From: Daphnia carinata
Lineage: Eukaryota
Length of the DNA stretch: 64,000 nucleotides
Reading direction: 5' to 3'
Assembly: GCF_022539665.2 (NCBI RefSeq)
Contig: NC_081334.1
Span: 2,666,001 to 2,730,000 of the forward strand
A program made the position numbers and the translations under genes. The notes beneath the pieces are model-generated. The model searched no databases and was not told the origin of the DNA. It saw only the letters and a program-made list of their open reading frames with translations. Within the stretch, counting starts at the first letter, position 1. Every line of letters starts with the position of its first letter. Positions 40,138 through 52,526 of the stretch are shown here, one piece after another.

Positions 40138-41023
40138 GCACAGCTGTTACGTCTCTCGTTCTCGCCCTTGGATGGCCAAAACCAATCGATGAGAAGAGAT
40201 TCGGCTTTTCTCTCATCAGGCGCTCTCTCTCTATCCATTTTTGCTTTCTCTTATTTGTAGCTATTCAATCTTTAGTAGCGTAATGATCTTTTTTCCTTTT
40301 ACGGATCAATGATATCATCATCCTCCTTTCCCTTTCCAGAGGTAAAAAAAAAAAAAAAGAGAAACATATTTTTGTTTGTAATGATGTCATCCATCAATTT
40401 TTTTTTTTTTGCCCGGAGTTCGTGATTCCCATCGTTCTCGGCCACGGCCGCTCTTTCCCGGTTGTTAGCAAAAAAAAAAAAAAAAAGGTCCTGAAAATCT
40501 TGCGTCATAGTCTCTAAGGAATTTTTATGATTTATTTATTTATATTATTTTCCGGATCTTTTTTTTTTTTCTTTCTATGTTTTGTATTCTCTTCTTCTCC
40601 TATTATCAAAAGCATCCGGGTGCTGTGTGTGTGTGTGTGCGTGTAGTATTGATCCGCCTCCGATTGTAATAACGCCGGCATGGAAGGGGCTGGCTTTTAA
40701 AGTATTACGTGAGGGATTGTTGTAGAAAGGGGAAAGTGGGGAAATCGTCGTGTTTGTACATTCCATTTTTATTTAAAAACAATACCCACGAAAGAAAAAA
40801 AAAAAGGAAAAGATGAATCGAACAATATTTGCATGGCACTAAAAGAGCAACAATTGGAAAAATGGTGAGATGTTTGTGGAATGTTTGTTGATGTTGTAGT
40901 TCTTGTTGCTTTCCATTGTTTCGGTTAGGTTGATTGTAGTTGTTGTTAGTGTGACTTGATTATCTCCTTTGATCATTCAACAAAACTAACATTCGATTTG
41001 CATGATTTTCATAATTGATATAG

Positions 41024-44000
41024 AAAACGAAAGACGGATACGGGCTAACGACACGGCTTTCAATTCGCAGTTCAACTATTCAGTAAGTGATCTTCATTTG
41101 TTTTGTTTTGTTTTGTTTTGTTTTGTTTTTCGTCTCAAAATTCAATTGTTTTGCCGGGTGGGTTCGTTATCTTTTTAAATGAGGAAGCGCATCGTTTGAA
41201 AAAAGGAAATTACAAAACGAAAATGTTCACATCCGAACTCGTGACGTTGACACGCGTCACGTGTGTTCCAGTTTGCTGACATTTTAAATGGAATGAAATT
41301 AATTCTTTTTTTTCGTCCTCGCTTTGAAAAAAAAAAAAAAAGGATAATTACATCCAGACGTCCAAGTACACGCTGGTGTCGTTTGTGCCAGTCAACCTGA
41401 TCGAGCAGTTCCAGCGGCTGGCCAATTTCTATTTCCTGTGCCTTTTGGTGCTCCAGTTCATCCCGTTCATCTCGTCGCTGACGCCAGTCACCACTGCCGT
41501 GCCTCTCATCGGTGTCCTGCTCCTAACGGCCATCAAAGATGCCTACGATGATTTCGTGAGTTTTAACTTTTTTCCCAATTTCGAACTGGCATATCATGTG
41601 AATATGCCTAATTGTTTTGTTTATGATTTGGAACACGTTCAGCAAAGACATCGGAGCGACTCGCAAGTGAATAATCGAAAGTCGCACGTCTTGCTCAATG
41701 GCAAGTCGGTGGAAGAGCGTTGGCACAAAGTGCAGGTGGGCGACATCATTCGCATGGAAAACGATCAGTTCATCGCGGCTGATCTTCTTCTTTTGACCAC
41801 GTCCGAGCCCAACGGCCTCTGTTATATTGAAACGGCCGAGCTGGACGGGTATGATTTCATTTTTCCCGCCCTTTTTTTTTTTTATTTATTTATTTATTTT
41901 AATTTAAGTACTTTGCTAAACATGAAAAATTGATGATGTTAGGGAGACCAATTTGAAATGCCGCCAGTGCCTGATGGAGACGGCCGAAATGGGCCAGGAC
42001 GAGGCTAGGATCGGCGGTTTCGACGGAGAGATCGTCTGCGAGCCGCCCAATAATCACTTGAACAAGTTTGAGGGCCGGTTGACGTGGAACGGCAAGCAGT
42101 ACTCGCTGGACAATGACAAGATCCTGCTCCGCGGATGCGTTCTGCGCAACACGCAGTGGTGCTACGGCGTCGTCGTCTTCGCCGGACGCGACACGAAGCT
42201 GATGCAGAATTCGGGCAAGACGAAATTCAAACGGACCTCTATTGATCGTCTGCTCAACTTTATCATCCTCGGGGTACGATTTCATTTCCGTCATTGCTCA
42301 TTTGCCTTTTGACATTCAAAATCTAAGCCAACGTTTTTGTTTTTGTTTTTGTTTTCTTAGATTGTTTTCTTTCTGCTGTCGATGTGCCTGTTCTGCACGA
42401 TCGCCTGCGGCGTCTGGGAGACGGTGACGGGCCAGCACTTTCGCTCCTACTTGCCGTGGGATCCGCTGATTCCGGCCGAGCCCAAAGCTGGCTCCACCGT
42501 CATTGCCTTGCTCATCTTCTTCTCGTACGCCATCGTTCTCAACACAGTGGTGCCCATCTCGCTCTACGTCAGCGTCGAAGTCATCCGGCTGGCCCAGTCT
42601 TTCCTCATCAACTGGGACCAGCAAATGTTCTACGAAAAGACGCAAACACCCGCCAAGGCGCGCACGACGACACTCAACGAGGAGCTCGGCCAAATCGAGT
42701 ACATTTTCTCCGACAAGACGGGCACGCTGACGCAAAACATCATGTCATTCAACAAGTGCTCCATTGGCGGATCTTGCTACGGCGACGTCTTTGACGCATC
42801 CAACGGCGAAATCATTGAGCCTAACGAGGTACACCGTCCTCCGTTAATCGTTTTAGTTATTCGAACATCATTTTTTTAACGTGACGTGCTTTCAGAATAC
42901 CAAAACAGTGGACTTCTCTTTTAATCCGCTTCACGAACAAACGTTCAAGTTTTACGATCAGACACTTGTCGATTCGAATCGTGAACAAGATCCCACCTGC
43001 CATGAATTCTTCCGACTTCTGGCACTCTGTCACACCGTCATGCCCGACGAGAAAAATGGTATTTCATTTCTTTCTTTCTTTTCGTTGTGTGTTTCATTCT
43101 GATTTCATTTGTTTGTTTTTTTCATTTTAAAGGAAAACTGGAATACCAAGCCCAATCGCCGGACGAAGGAGCTTTGGTATCAGCAGCTCGCAATTTTGGT
43201 TTCGTCTTTAAAGCACGCACACCAGATTCTGTCACCATCGAGGTTATCATCATTTCTTAAAGAATGATTCAATCAAATGTGTGTTGTTAATGAAAAAAAA
43301 AAAACATTTTATGACAGGTGATGGGAAAGACGGAAGTCTACGAATTGCTGTGCATTTTGGATTTCAACAACGTCCGTAAACGAATGTCGGTCATCCTTCG
43401 CGGTCCCAATGGCAAAATCCGCCTCTACTGTAAAGGAGCCGACTCGATCGTCTACGACCATCTGCAGTCGGGAAATGACGACATTAAGAACAAAACACAA
43501 GAACATTTAAATGTAAAAAAACAGTTGCTGAGCGATCTTGTTTTTGTTTTCTCTGAAATTACTTTTTCCTTTTATGTTTCTCCAGAAATTTGCTGGTGAA
43601 GGTTTAAGAACGTTATGTTTGGCAATCCGTGACGTGGACGAAGCTTATTTTGAAGACTGGAAGGAACGACATCACGAAGCCTCGGTTTCGATGAAGTCGC
43701 GAGAAGAACGTCTGGACAAACTGTACGAAGAAATCGAACAGAATCTGACACTGTTGGGTGCAACGGCCATTGAAGATAAACTTCAAGATGGGGTCAGTAG
43801 AATTTATTTCAGTTTCCAGAAAAAATGTCTTTTTAAATTTGAATTTTATTTTGTTTAAAGGTGCCACAAACTATTGCTAACCTTGCGATTGCTGGAATTA
43901 AAATTTGGGTGTTGACTGGAGATAAACAAGGTGATTGATTTACACAGTCAGATATTGGGGTGGTATAAATAGAGATTACTTGTGAATCTAGAAACTGCCA

Positions 44001-47000
44001 TCAACATTGGATATTCTTGCCAGCTGTTGACCGACGAGATGGTCGATATTTTTATAGTCGACGGCCAGAACGTCGAAGATGTCGAGCTGCAATTAATCAA
44101 ATGTCGAGAATCTCTGCGTGGATATGCCCGCAGTCAAGTCCAAACTGCTCTCAGTGGAATCAGGTACACACACACCTTCGTCCATTTTGCATCTGGATAG
44201 TTCTGCTCATCAATGATTTGGTAAATCATTTAGTGACCGTGGCTATTCGTCCAGCATCGGTGGTGAAATGGAGGACATGGCGTGCGGACCAGAATTGACG
44301 GGAATCGACGAGGACAACAACACGGGTTACGCCTTAGTCATCAACGGCCATTCGTTGGTCTACGCCCTGCAGACCAAGTTGGAAAAACTGTTTCTCGATG
44401 TCGGTACACAATGTAAGGTCATTTGTTGCTGCTTTTCTGCCAAATCCATTTGGAAATGATGACGACACGCTGGTTTTCAATTGTTTTCAGGCAAAGCAGT
44501 GATTTGCTGCAGAGTGACACCACTTCAGAAAGCCATGGTGGTCGATTTGGTGAAAAAATACAAACAAGCCGTCACGCTATCTATCGGTGACGGAGCCAAC
44601 GACGTATCAATGATCAAAACAGCCCACATTGGCGTTGGCATCAGCGGTCAGGAAGGCATGCAGGTAATATTATTCTTCGTTCGAATTTAGTGACGGTCTG
44701 ATTTTTGCAATTGCAATTGTGACTGTCTAGGCCGTCTTGGCGTCAGATTACAGCATTGCCCAATTTCGGTATCTCGAACGTTTGCTGCTCGTCCACGGGC
44801 GTTGGTCCTACCTTCGCATGGCCAAGTTTTTACGCTACTTCTTCTACAAGAACTTTGCCTTCACCCTCTGCCATTTTTGGTTCGCCTTCTTTTGCGGATT
44901 CTCCGCCCAGGTATGTGCATTTGTTTTTTCTTTTGTTTCTATCCTTAAAGAAGTTCAGTTTTTTTTTCTTTTGCGGGGAGGGGGGAGCTCTCGTAAATAG
45001 AAGTCGGGGGTGTGCCAATGGTATCAAACGTTCCAGGGCAACGGTTCCGGAATCTTATTCACATAGAATCTGATCTTCTGAATTCTTTTGTTTGTTTTTG
45101 TTCTTATTTTTGCTTGGGGAAAAGTGTACTTGTCGTTTCGCACGAATTCTCGCAAACCAAAACTAATATGAAAAAAAAACAAAAACAGCACGGCTAAACT
45201 GCACAATTGGAATGGAACCCACTAACCGAATTGGTTTTAAATTTTCACTGAAACAAAAAAAAAACGAAAACAAAAACGTATAAAAACAAATCGATTTCTA
45301 CGCAACAACAACAACAAACAAAAATGTTGTCGATTGAAACGGGGGGACGACGCAGACGGTGTACGAGCCGTTCTTTATCATTTGCTACAACGTGGTCTAC
45401 ACGTCGTTGCCCGTCTTGGCGCTGGGCATCTTCGAACAGGACGTCTGCGATACGCTCTCTACTCGCTACCCGAGACTCTACTCGCCCGGCCTGGGACACA
45501 ATTTCTTCAATCCGCGAAGCTTTGCCTCGGCCGCCTTGCACGGTGTCGCCACATCCGTTTTAGTTTTCTTTGTACCTGTAGGTACGTACGTTTTTCATTT
45601 GCATGCGAAAGCAAAAACACGAAAACACACAAAAAACAAAATCGGAAGAGACCCGGTTTTCATGGTTTTGCGCACGTCAAAAAGCACTTTGACCTCCAAA
45701 ACTGCCTCCTCGAATTTCCCTTCCTCCTCGCCCATTTTGCTTTCGATTCCGTCGGCGGATGTGTCGGATGAAAATTCCCGTTTCAAAAGATAAAAAAAAA
45801 AATGCGGATGGCATGTCAGTTATTAACGGATTGATAGGTGGCAGTAGTAGATAAACCAACCGTCATTGAGTTAGGAAAATGAATTTATTTTTTAAATCTA
45901 TTTTCAAGCATGATTCTTTTTTATTTATTATTTTCGCTTTCGCCTCTTTTTTTTTTCCTGTTCAATATATTATTATTTTTGTCTATCATTCGTTGGGGCT
46001 TCCGGTTGGTTGTTGATCTCCGAGTCGTTAACAGAAGCCAGGGAGCTTATTGTGTCTCGTCTTCCCGATCTACTAGTATTAAATGCTAAACAAATGGCCA
46101 CGCCCTTCTTCGTGTTTACGATGCTCTCGGGGGACCGTTGTAACGTTTAGATTTTGCTTATTTTTCCTTCTGCTTTTGAGGCCTTGCCCGTCTAATAAAA
46201 ATGTTTTATTTATTGATTCCTGTGCGGGCAAAACAAAACAAAACAAAATAAAAAACAAACAAAACAAATGGCTGGACGTGGATAGACTGTGTTTGATCCA
46301 ATGTTCATCTCGGTGTACAACCTGTTCTACACGTCTCTGCCCGTCCTGGCGTTGGGCATCTTCGACCAAGACGTCAATGACGTCAACAGCCTCAAGTACC
46401 CCAAGCTCTTCACACCCGGCCATCTCAACCTGCTGTTCAACAAGGCGGAATTCTTCAAGAGCGCCATGCACGGATGCATCACGTCCTGCGTCCTCTTCTT
46501 CATTCCCTACGGTGCGTCCTCGCTTGTCCGTTTCCCCGTCTTCCGAACTCCATCCAACGTAACAACACCACAAATCCCCTCAGCGAGATCCCGCTGTCCT
46601 CAAACATTGAAACCGAGCAAGGGACACTTCCCTTTTTTTTTATCCTGTCCAGCAGAAATCTCTTGTACATTGAGCTCTTCCAATCACCTCGTACCCTCTC
46701 TTATCCATTGATCCTCCTTCTCTCTTTCTCTCTTTATTCGAGCACATAAAACAATATCATTTTCTTTCATTTTAATTTTTCAAAAACATTTGATGACGAT
46801 ATTTTTCTATTGTTCTGCGATGTGGATGTGCGCGGTGGAAATGCAGGTGCCTACTTCGACGGTGCCTCGCACCAAGGGCACACAACTTCGGATCATCAGC
46901 TGATTGGCAGCGTCGTGGCCACCATCCTGGTCGTCGTGGTGACGGTGCAAATCGCGCTGGATACGGCCTACTGGACAGTGTTCAATCACATCACCATCTG

Positions 47001-47997
47001 GGGCTCGCTCGTCTGGTACTTTGCCCTGCAATATTTTTACAACTTCGTCATCGGCGGATCCTATGTCGGCTCGCTCACCAAGGTACCTCACCATCATTTA
47101 TTTATTTATTTTTTTTTTTTTATCCGTTTCGTGACATTTTCATTTGAAAAACAAAAAACATTTTGTCAGGCGATGGGAGAGGCGACGTTTTGGTTCACGC
47201 TGGTCTTGTCCATCGTCATCGTCATGATTCCCGTCGTTGCGTGGAGATTCTACTTTTTCGACGTTCATCCAACGCTGGCCGACCGCGTCCGTTTCAAGCA
47301 GAGACAGCCTCGCATCCGGTGCGTTCAACATTTATGTTTTTCCATGTTTTAAGTTTCGATTTTTCATTTTGTTTTTGTTTGTTGTACGCAAACATTTTAG
47401 GGCGCACAAATCTCAAGACTTTTTGCGGACGCCTTCGGCTCGTCGCAGTCGACGATCGCTGCGATCCGGCTACGCCTTCGCCCACCAGGAAGGTTTCGGC
47501 AAACTCATCACATCAGGCAAGATTATGCGCAAGACGGGCTTGAATTTCGGGACGAAAGCAAGCAGCAACAATGCGGCAAACAACAACAGTGGAAGCAGCC
47601 ACAGCGTGTCGACAGGTGGCGGCCTGGCCTCACTGGCCGATCACCCTGACGGTAAGTCGCACATGAACTCATCATTTCGTTATCGAATTTGCTTGCTGGC
47701 CAAGTTTATTTTTATTTTTTTATATATATATTTTGAAACAAATAATTGAAAGCGATCGTGTGCGTAGGTCCAGTTTCGGGCATTTTTTACCATCCGATGG
47801 GAGAGAACGATAGAAGTATGCAGCCCAGTACGCGCCAGTCTCACAATGGCAGTAGCGTCCAGCCGCGAGCTTCGTCCGTCGCTTACGCGCGCACGGCCAA
47901 CAATAGTAGCCGGCCACGATTGCAGGATCCCTACGCCATCACCGTAGATCTGGAGTCTGGCGGAGAGCCTGCCTTACCCAATACAATGTCGACGTGA
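41024..47997 (+). CDS. ATP8B: Phospholipid-transporting P4-ATPase (flippase), ATP8B class
   Basis: Exons 41024-41082, 41343-41555, 41643-41848, 41943-42273, 42361-42828, 42896-43058, 43133-43242, 43318-43512, 43586-43792, 43861-43930, 43992-44163, 44234-44412, 44491-44663, 44731-44910, [45356-45581 OR 46286-46511], 46847-47082, 47170-47318, 47401-47651 and 47768-47997. With the three upstream exons the total is 4590 nt and in frame. Motifs: DGET, PISLYVS (P4-specific TM4), phosphorylation site DKTGT (Asp at 42712), QSPDE, TGDKQETA, GDGAND, and C-terminal [13 protein letters not shown]. Confidence 0.97.
45356..45581 (+). CDS. ATP8B: ATP8B mutually exclusive exon A (TM6-loop-TM7, divergent copy)
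   Basis: cgcag|ACG GTG TAC ... GTA G|gtacgt, 226 nt, phase 0->1, no stops. Translation: [76 protein letters not shown]. Confidence 0.9.
46286..46511 (+). CDS. ATP8B: ATP8B mutually exclusive exon B (TM6-loop-TM7, canonical-like copy)
   Basis: gatag|ACT GTG TTT ... TAC G|gtgcgt, 226 nt, phase 0->1. Translation: [76 protein letters not shown]. Confidence 0.93.
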
Positions 47998-50900
47998 TGG
48001 GCGTCCAAACAATTCGGACCAAAAATGTTTCTATTTTGTCTGATAACCAAAATTTAAAGTTTTATAAATAAGGGAAGGGACGGGGGGGGGGGGGGGAAAG
48101 AAAAACAAAAAGTGCAGTTGGGGCTTTTCCGTGAGTGGCGCGTGTACGTTTTGAAAGTCAACTACGGTGGAAAACGAAATGCCGCAATTTTCTTTCAATT
48201 TTTGCTTATGTTGCTGAAATTGACTTTTGTCCAACCCCGAAACGAAACAAAAAGAAAAGAAAAAAAAAATTCCTCTTCATCCCAAAAGGTTGTGCCGTTG
48301 CCGCTACGCAACATTTTCTTGTACAGGTGTAACAGATCCGATTAGATCCAAAGATAAAGACACGAAAAGAAAAAAAAACGTGAAAACATAAAAAAACATA
48401 AATGTCGTGTGAAATACGCCATGTTTGTGTTTGGTTTTGTTTTTAGTTTTTTTTTTTTTTTTTTTCCCCTTTCAATCTACCAATTCTTTTTTGTTTTGTA
48501 TGATGCGTTTACTTCTATCTCGTCAAATGTGTTTCATGTCGTATTTTCCGAGCGGCTTTGGTTGAAATTGAAAAAAAAACAAAACAAACACGATTGTACC
48601 TTATACGTCCGCATTTGCGAGTTGGTGACCTTTCGAACCTTTCCCTGCAAAACAAAAGAGATGGAGATTTAAAACAAAAAAAAAAAAAAAAAACAAAAAA
48701 AAAAAAAAAAAAAAAAAAATGAAAATTCCACCTTAACCAAAAAAAATGATAATAATAATAGCGAAATTAATGAATTGAAAAATAACCTTATGTAAACGAA
48801 GATCTTATCCCCCCCGCTGCCCCCCGTTTGCTATCCACTTCTTTATTTATTTATTTCTTTTATTTTTATTTTTCTAAATGAAAATGTGTGGTACGTAAGA
48901 AGATATATTTATTCAAGTAATATCACTAAGATATTTTTTTTTTCACTCTTCTTTTGATAACATCATTTTAAAAAAAAAACCAATAATGAATTTGTTTTTG
49001 TTTTTGTTGTAAACGTCATCATTCCTTTCTGAACAAATGAAAATGTTTTTGTGTAAGTGAAACGGAGAGTTATGTGCGTAACGCTTCGTTACTATGTACG
49101 TGCAACTTGTGCTGCCCAATTTTTAAATTGATTTCTTTCTTTCGGTTAAACCCTAAATCCTAACATTCTCGCAACCACCACTGTCCGAGCCGTTTTATGG
49201 TGCGCCTTTCACCTACGAATTGCGTTTTCATTTTTGGTTTTTCTTATCGTTTCCAATCTTCAAAACATTTTTTTTTTTGTGTTTTGAGAAAAACAGAAAT
49301 ATTTGATTTAATTAAGGATATATATATATAAACAGTACATATAAATATATGTTTCAAATTGAGAGATATCTTGGACGCGATGGAGACGATATCGATTTAG
49401 ACTTGTTTCAACAAAGACCACTTACGTCATGCCTCCTCAGTTTATGCTTTTGAACTTTCATTTTTTTTTCTTCCTTGTTTAGCTTATTAATAACTCATAG
49501 TTGAAACTTATCTGAATGAACGTGTCGTGGAAAAAGAGAAACAATTCGTTTTTGTTTCCTATTTTTCATTTTTGTTTTTTTTTTAGTTCAGTTTTGTGTT
49601 TATTTTAAGATTTTCCGCCCTCCCCCTCCTCTTTTTTTTTTAATTAAATGAAATTGAAAAACAACTCTGAATGACGGAGCTCGTTCGCTATACGTGAATG
49701 GCATATTTTTATAAACATTTATTATTATTTTTTTTTTTCGTTTGTTTTTGTTTGCATTTTTCCTATCAGCGTGCTGTCGTATGCCTTTTGAATTTCCATT
49801 TTCCGTTCAATTATTATTTTTTTAATTTCTAGTCTCTTTCGCCTTTCCATGGTTGCCGAACAACAATACGGCCTCCTACTGATTCAAATTCTTTAATTCC
49901 CCCTTTCCTACGCAGCGAGGAAATATTATTTTTTAAACTTCATTTAAAGAATAGAAAACCCATGAAATGTAATTTAAAATCATTTCGTCCCCTCAGCCCT
50001 CCCAAGAAAAATGATCCCCCCCCATTCTCTTGTTTTCCTGTTCCTCGAAACCTTCCCTTTCGTGTCAACTATCTAACATAAGATTTCACTTCCTTTTCCA
50101 AAACCGATATGATAAGTCATCGGACAAACCGATCGGGGTGAACCGCGATGACTCAAGATCTGTATAACTATACCAAGTGCCTGCCATGCCTGTTCGTTCA
50201 TCACAACCCCCTTCCCCCGCTCCCTTCCTTCCCACAAAGTATTTGTTTTTGATTTTGATTTCATCATCTTTTCAGTAAGAAAAAGAAAACAAAAAGAAAA
50301 AATCGAATTCATGATGATTTAAGACGAAAGAACCGCACCGATACATAACCACGTTCTTATAAATCTGGCCCCATTTTTATTTATTTATTTTCTTTTTTTT
50401 TTTCTTTCCCCAATTTATGATTTCGCCTCCAGACCTATATTATACAGTTGTTTTGTATACTGTATTGCCCTGATATAGTATATAAATATAGAAATATATA
50501 TATGCATACAATAACCCAGAACGAAACCGTCGATATCCTTCACCCAGTTATGATGACGTTGCATGTTTGTGGACGTGAATCGATACGTCTACGCCTACGC
50601 CTACGCCTGGCAAAAGAAACGTGACAAAATTCATGTGAACTTTCACAATTTCCTGGAACGTGGGATTACCCTCTTGTGGTAGGCCTTCAATTAGCCGATT
50701 TTCACGCGTGACAACGGCGAGCCCAGAGAGTCAATCGAAAGCCCACCCGCCCCCCCCCCCCTTTTTTTCGTGACGTTGTCGAGAACTTGGTCGACCACAA
50801 CGATCCCGCAGATTGAGCACGCGCCCCTTCAAAAACAGGGAATATTTCAAAGAGAAAAATCAAGCATAAACAAGAGATGAATTGAATCACTAAAAATGTA

Positions 50901-52486
50901 TGACATATGCACATCGCAGGTGCTGATGATCCCATAAAAGTTGAAACTGTTTCACAAACACGCGGCGTTCATATGCGAAATTCTAGTGTGTAACTCATTT
51001 GTTGAACCGAAAGAGAAAAAAAAAACGAGGTTGATGTAAAACAAAGAGAAATTGTAAAATGAGTTGCAGGATATTGATCAGGTTCTTTCGGGGCCAGGAA
51101 GAAAGCGAAGCCATTAGCCGAGCACAAAGGCTATAAGATGCACGTGTGTCGTTTGAAATGTGAAACTTTCTCGCACAGGGCACGAAAATAAAATAACCAA
51201 GAAACGGACGCATTCAAAAACTTTCTAGAATTCAACTGCCGCTGCATCTCAGTAGTTGACGTTTGCCTGATTGAATTTGATTTGAGTATGGCATAGAACA
51301 ATTGGGTTTCGGAACGCACTCGCCAGAGAGAGAGAGTTACGACTTTTGAATTTGAATAGTTCAAAAACTGTTAGTCCCACGCAGAAATGAAGTCGATTTG
51401 TTTCAAGTCCGACTTTTTTTCACACAGCAAAATTGGCCTTTCAATTTTTGAATCGTAATCCTATCAAAACGGAACCTGTTATAATTGGGTCCTACTATAC
51501 AGACTTCCGTTAATTAATTAATTTCCGCATTTGATTTGAACATTCACACAGTTCTAATTCTGTTTACTGTTGCTCTCTTCTACAATTCGAGATACGTCAG
51601 GCAATGTACGAAGTTATTCGAATCAAATCTTTCACATTGTATTGAATGATATCCGACCTCTCTGTTTGTTTTTTGATTGCACCCCACTAATTAACGCTGT
51701 GCTATGGCGACACCCGCGTAGCAACTCGAAAGCGATTAGAAATTAGAACCCGCTGATTGTTCCCCTATTTCCAAACTTCCTTTTCGCTGATTCGATTCGA
51801 ATAAAACCGTCGCAAAAATAAAAAAAAACAAAAACAAACCTAATCGATGTAAAATCTTAAGTTAACTGCCATAGTTTATCTTGATTCCACATATTTTCTT
51901 CCTCCCCCCACCATTCGACTTATGTGCCTCTTTCTCCACTGACTCGGAGATAATACCACTTGTCCAGCACGTTTCCACTGGCCCGTCTCTTATTGTTTCT
52001 TTATTGGGAGACAGAGAGAGCGGTCGGCTGCGTCTGCGTGTTTGCCCGTCCGTATCGCAATGCGTCCCTCTCCGTCGAGCTTTCCTTTTATTTTCTTTTT
52101 GTCCCTACTTAATCAATCCGTTATCCATTTATCTTGCCAACCGTCTCCTCAAGAGCATCAACCACCAGAGGAAAGATCGCTCCGTGGCCGCTTTAACTAA
52201 TGTCCTGTCTATACAGTGTGCTCGACATAGCCCCGTGACATTGTCAAGCCGGGCCAAACGATTTGCCATTGGGTTTCAAAGGCATTTAAAAAAAAAAAAT
52301 GAAAGTAAATTTTTAGTACTATTTTTAAATGTTGGCCAAGAATTCCATCGAGTTCATGCAACAAAAATGCCATCAACTACTGAGCTATTATAAGAGTATT
52401 GTTGTATGCCGAGAGCGGAACTGACCGAGATGTACAAGACGATCGATTTCATTGGTCCCGGAGTTGATTGACGAAAAGAGAAAAGC

Positions 52487-52526
52487 GGACCTGTCCGGAC
52501 CTGTCCAGACTTGTCCAGACTTGTTC
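52487..52526. promoter_or_regulatory. Four head-to-tail decamers matching the p53-family half-site RRRCWWGYYY
   Basis: GGACCTGTCC GGACCTGTCC AGACTTGTCC AGACTTGTTC. The last two are perfect matches, the first two have one mismatch each, and there are no spacers. Confidence 0.55.

Noticed and set aside
45356..45581. Exon A as an assembly duplication or a piece of a second P4-ATPase gene
   Set aside because: It is only about 54% identical to exon B in protein, the flanks are unrelated, and no other exon is duplicated; this fits an old tandem exon duplication.
48000..50600. AT-rich region after the ATP8B stop as a separate element
   Set aside because: Composition fits a long 3' UTR; no ORF or structured RNA supported.
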